Shown: in pieces, positions 26,074 to 26,521 of the stretch | Layout of the letters: every line of letters begins with the position of its first letter | Numbering within the stretch: the stretch's first letter is position 1 | Source: a virus | Lineage: Duplodnaviria; Caudoviricetes | Reading direction: 5' to 3' (one strand) | DNA length: 26,521 bases | Virus record (IMG/VR): IMGVR_UViG_3300037483_001358 | Span: 1-26,521 of that record | Translations under genes and position numbers: made by a program | The notes under the pieces: model-generated | Seen by the model: only the letters and a program-made list of their open reading frames with translations | The model's database searches: none | What the model was told of the DNA's origin: nothing

Positions 26074-26521
26074 ATGCTGACACCAATTCCAGGACAAGAA
26101 ACACCGTCCAAAGGCTCGTCCCGCCTGGTGAGTTTTAAATGTTCGTGCGGAAAAACGACACAAAAACCGTGGAAGGCATTTGTGTCAGGCCGCGTGAAAA
26201 GCTGCGGCAAGTGTGGGGTTGTTGACGCAAGCGAATGGCGCTTGACAAAATACGGGAAGCTTCAAATGAAGAATCCCATAGACATTCACGCGCATTCCCA
26301 CAAACGTGTTGCGTGGGTGTGCGACTGCGGAGCGACGGTTGAACTGTCCGTGGCACAAGTCACCTCCGGCAAATCATCATCTTGCGGAAAATGTCGGCTC
26401 ATTTCAGCCGCAAAGGCCGCGGGCATGAAGTTCGGGTCTTTGCGGCTGAAATTCCCAATCAGCTTATCTCGCGGATCCCATGTCAAAACAGTCTGGGTGT
26501 GCGACTGCGGAAAAGAAACAA
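26074..26521 (+). CDS. Zinc-ribbon-repeat protein, paralogue of 1..1482, 3'-truncated (absent from the ORF track)
   Basis: Translated by hand: MLTPIPGQ...FKCSCGK...KSCGKC...KYGKL...WVCDCG...SSCGKC...KFGSL...WVCDCGKET; open to the window end; same 60-aa unit. An upstream GTG/TTG start near 26041 is possible. Confidence 0.8.
   Translation, partial: MLTPIPGQETPSKGSSRLVSFKCSCGKTTQKPWKAFVSGRVKSCGKCGVVDASEWRLTKYGKLQMKNPIDIHAHSHKRVAWVCDCGATVELSVAQVTSGKSSSCGKCRLISAAKAAGMKFGSLRLKFPISLSRGSHVKTVWVCDCGKET

Noticed and set aside
1-26521. Circular join of the two terminal zinc-ribbon ORFs into one gene
   Set aside because: Joining is out of frame by 1 nt and adds residues to the fixed 17-aa CDCG-to-C spacing; no terminal overlap was seen.
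1-26521. CRISPR array, tRNA/rRNA, stop-codon recoding, inteins
   Set aside because: No spaced repeats or RNA gene signatures seen; genes are full length in code 11; no intein terminal motifs noticed.

Overview
This window looks like the tail-morphogenesis region of a large (probably jumbo) contractile-tailed phage. No capsid, portal or terminase gene is visible, so an eCIS/tailocin cannot be formally excluded, but the free-standing endonucleases and short hypothetical genes point to a phage. The minus strand carries, right to left, a very large tail sheath (1696 aa), then about 9 kb later the tail tube, two chaperone-like genes, a tape measure (1207 aa) and two tube-initiator/baseplate-like paralogues, one with a GH73-like muramidase insert. 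Five endonuclease-like genes are interspersed: one GIY-YIG, three fusions of a nuclease (HNH or PD-(D/E)XK) to a Mom/GNAT-like C-terminal domain, and a truncated zinc-ribbon-repeat paralogue at the right edge. The sheath-tube gap also holds an AAA+ ATPase, a putative Cys-His-Asp (transglutaminase-like) protein, a Thivi_2564-like membrane protein and six small plus-strand genes. Main candidates for novelty: the shuffled nuclease-Mom fusions, an exact 27-bp hairpin element carrying a start codon after two structural genes, probable leaderless expression of the inserted genes, and His-rich triple repeats inside the sheath. All functional calls come from motif recognition by eye, without database searches.
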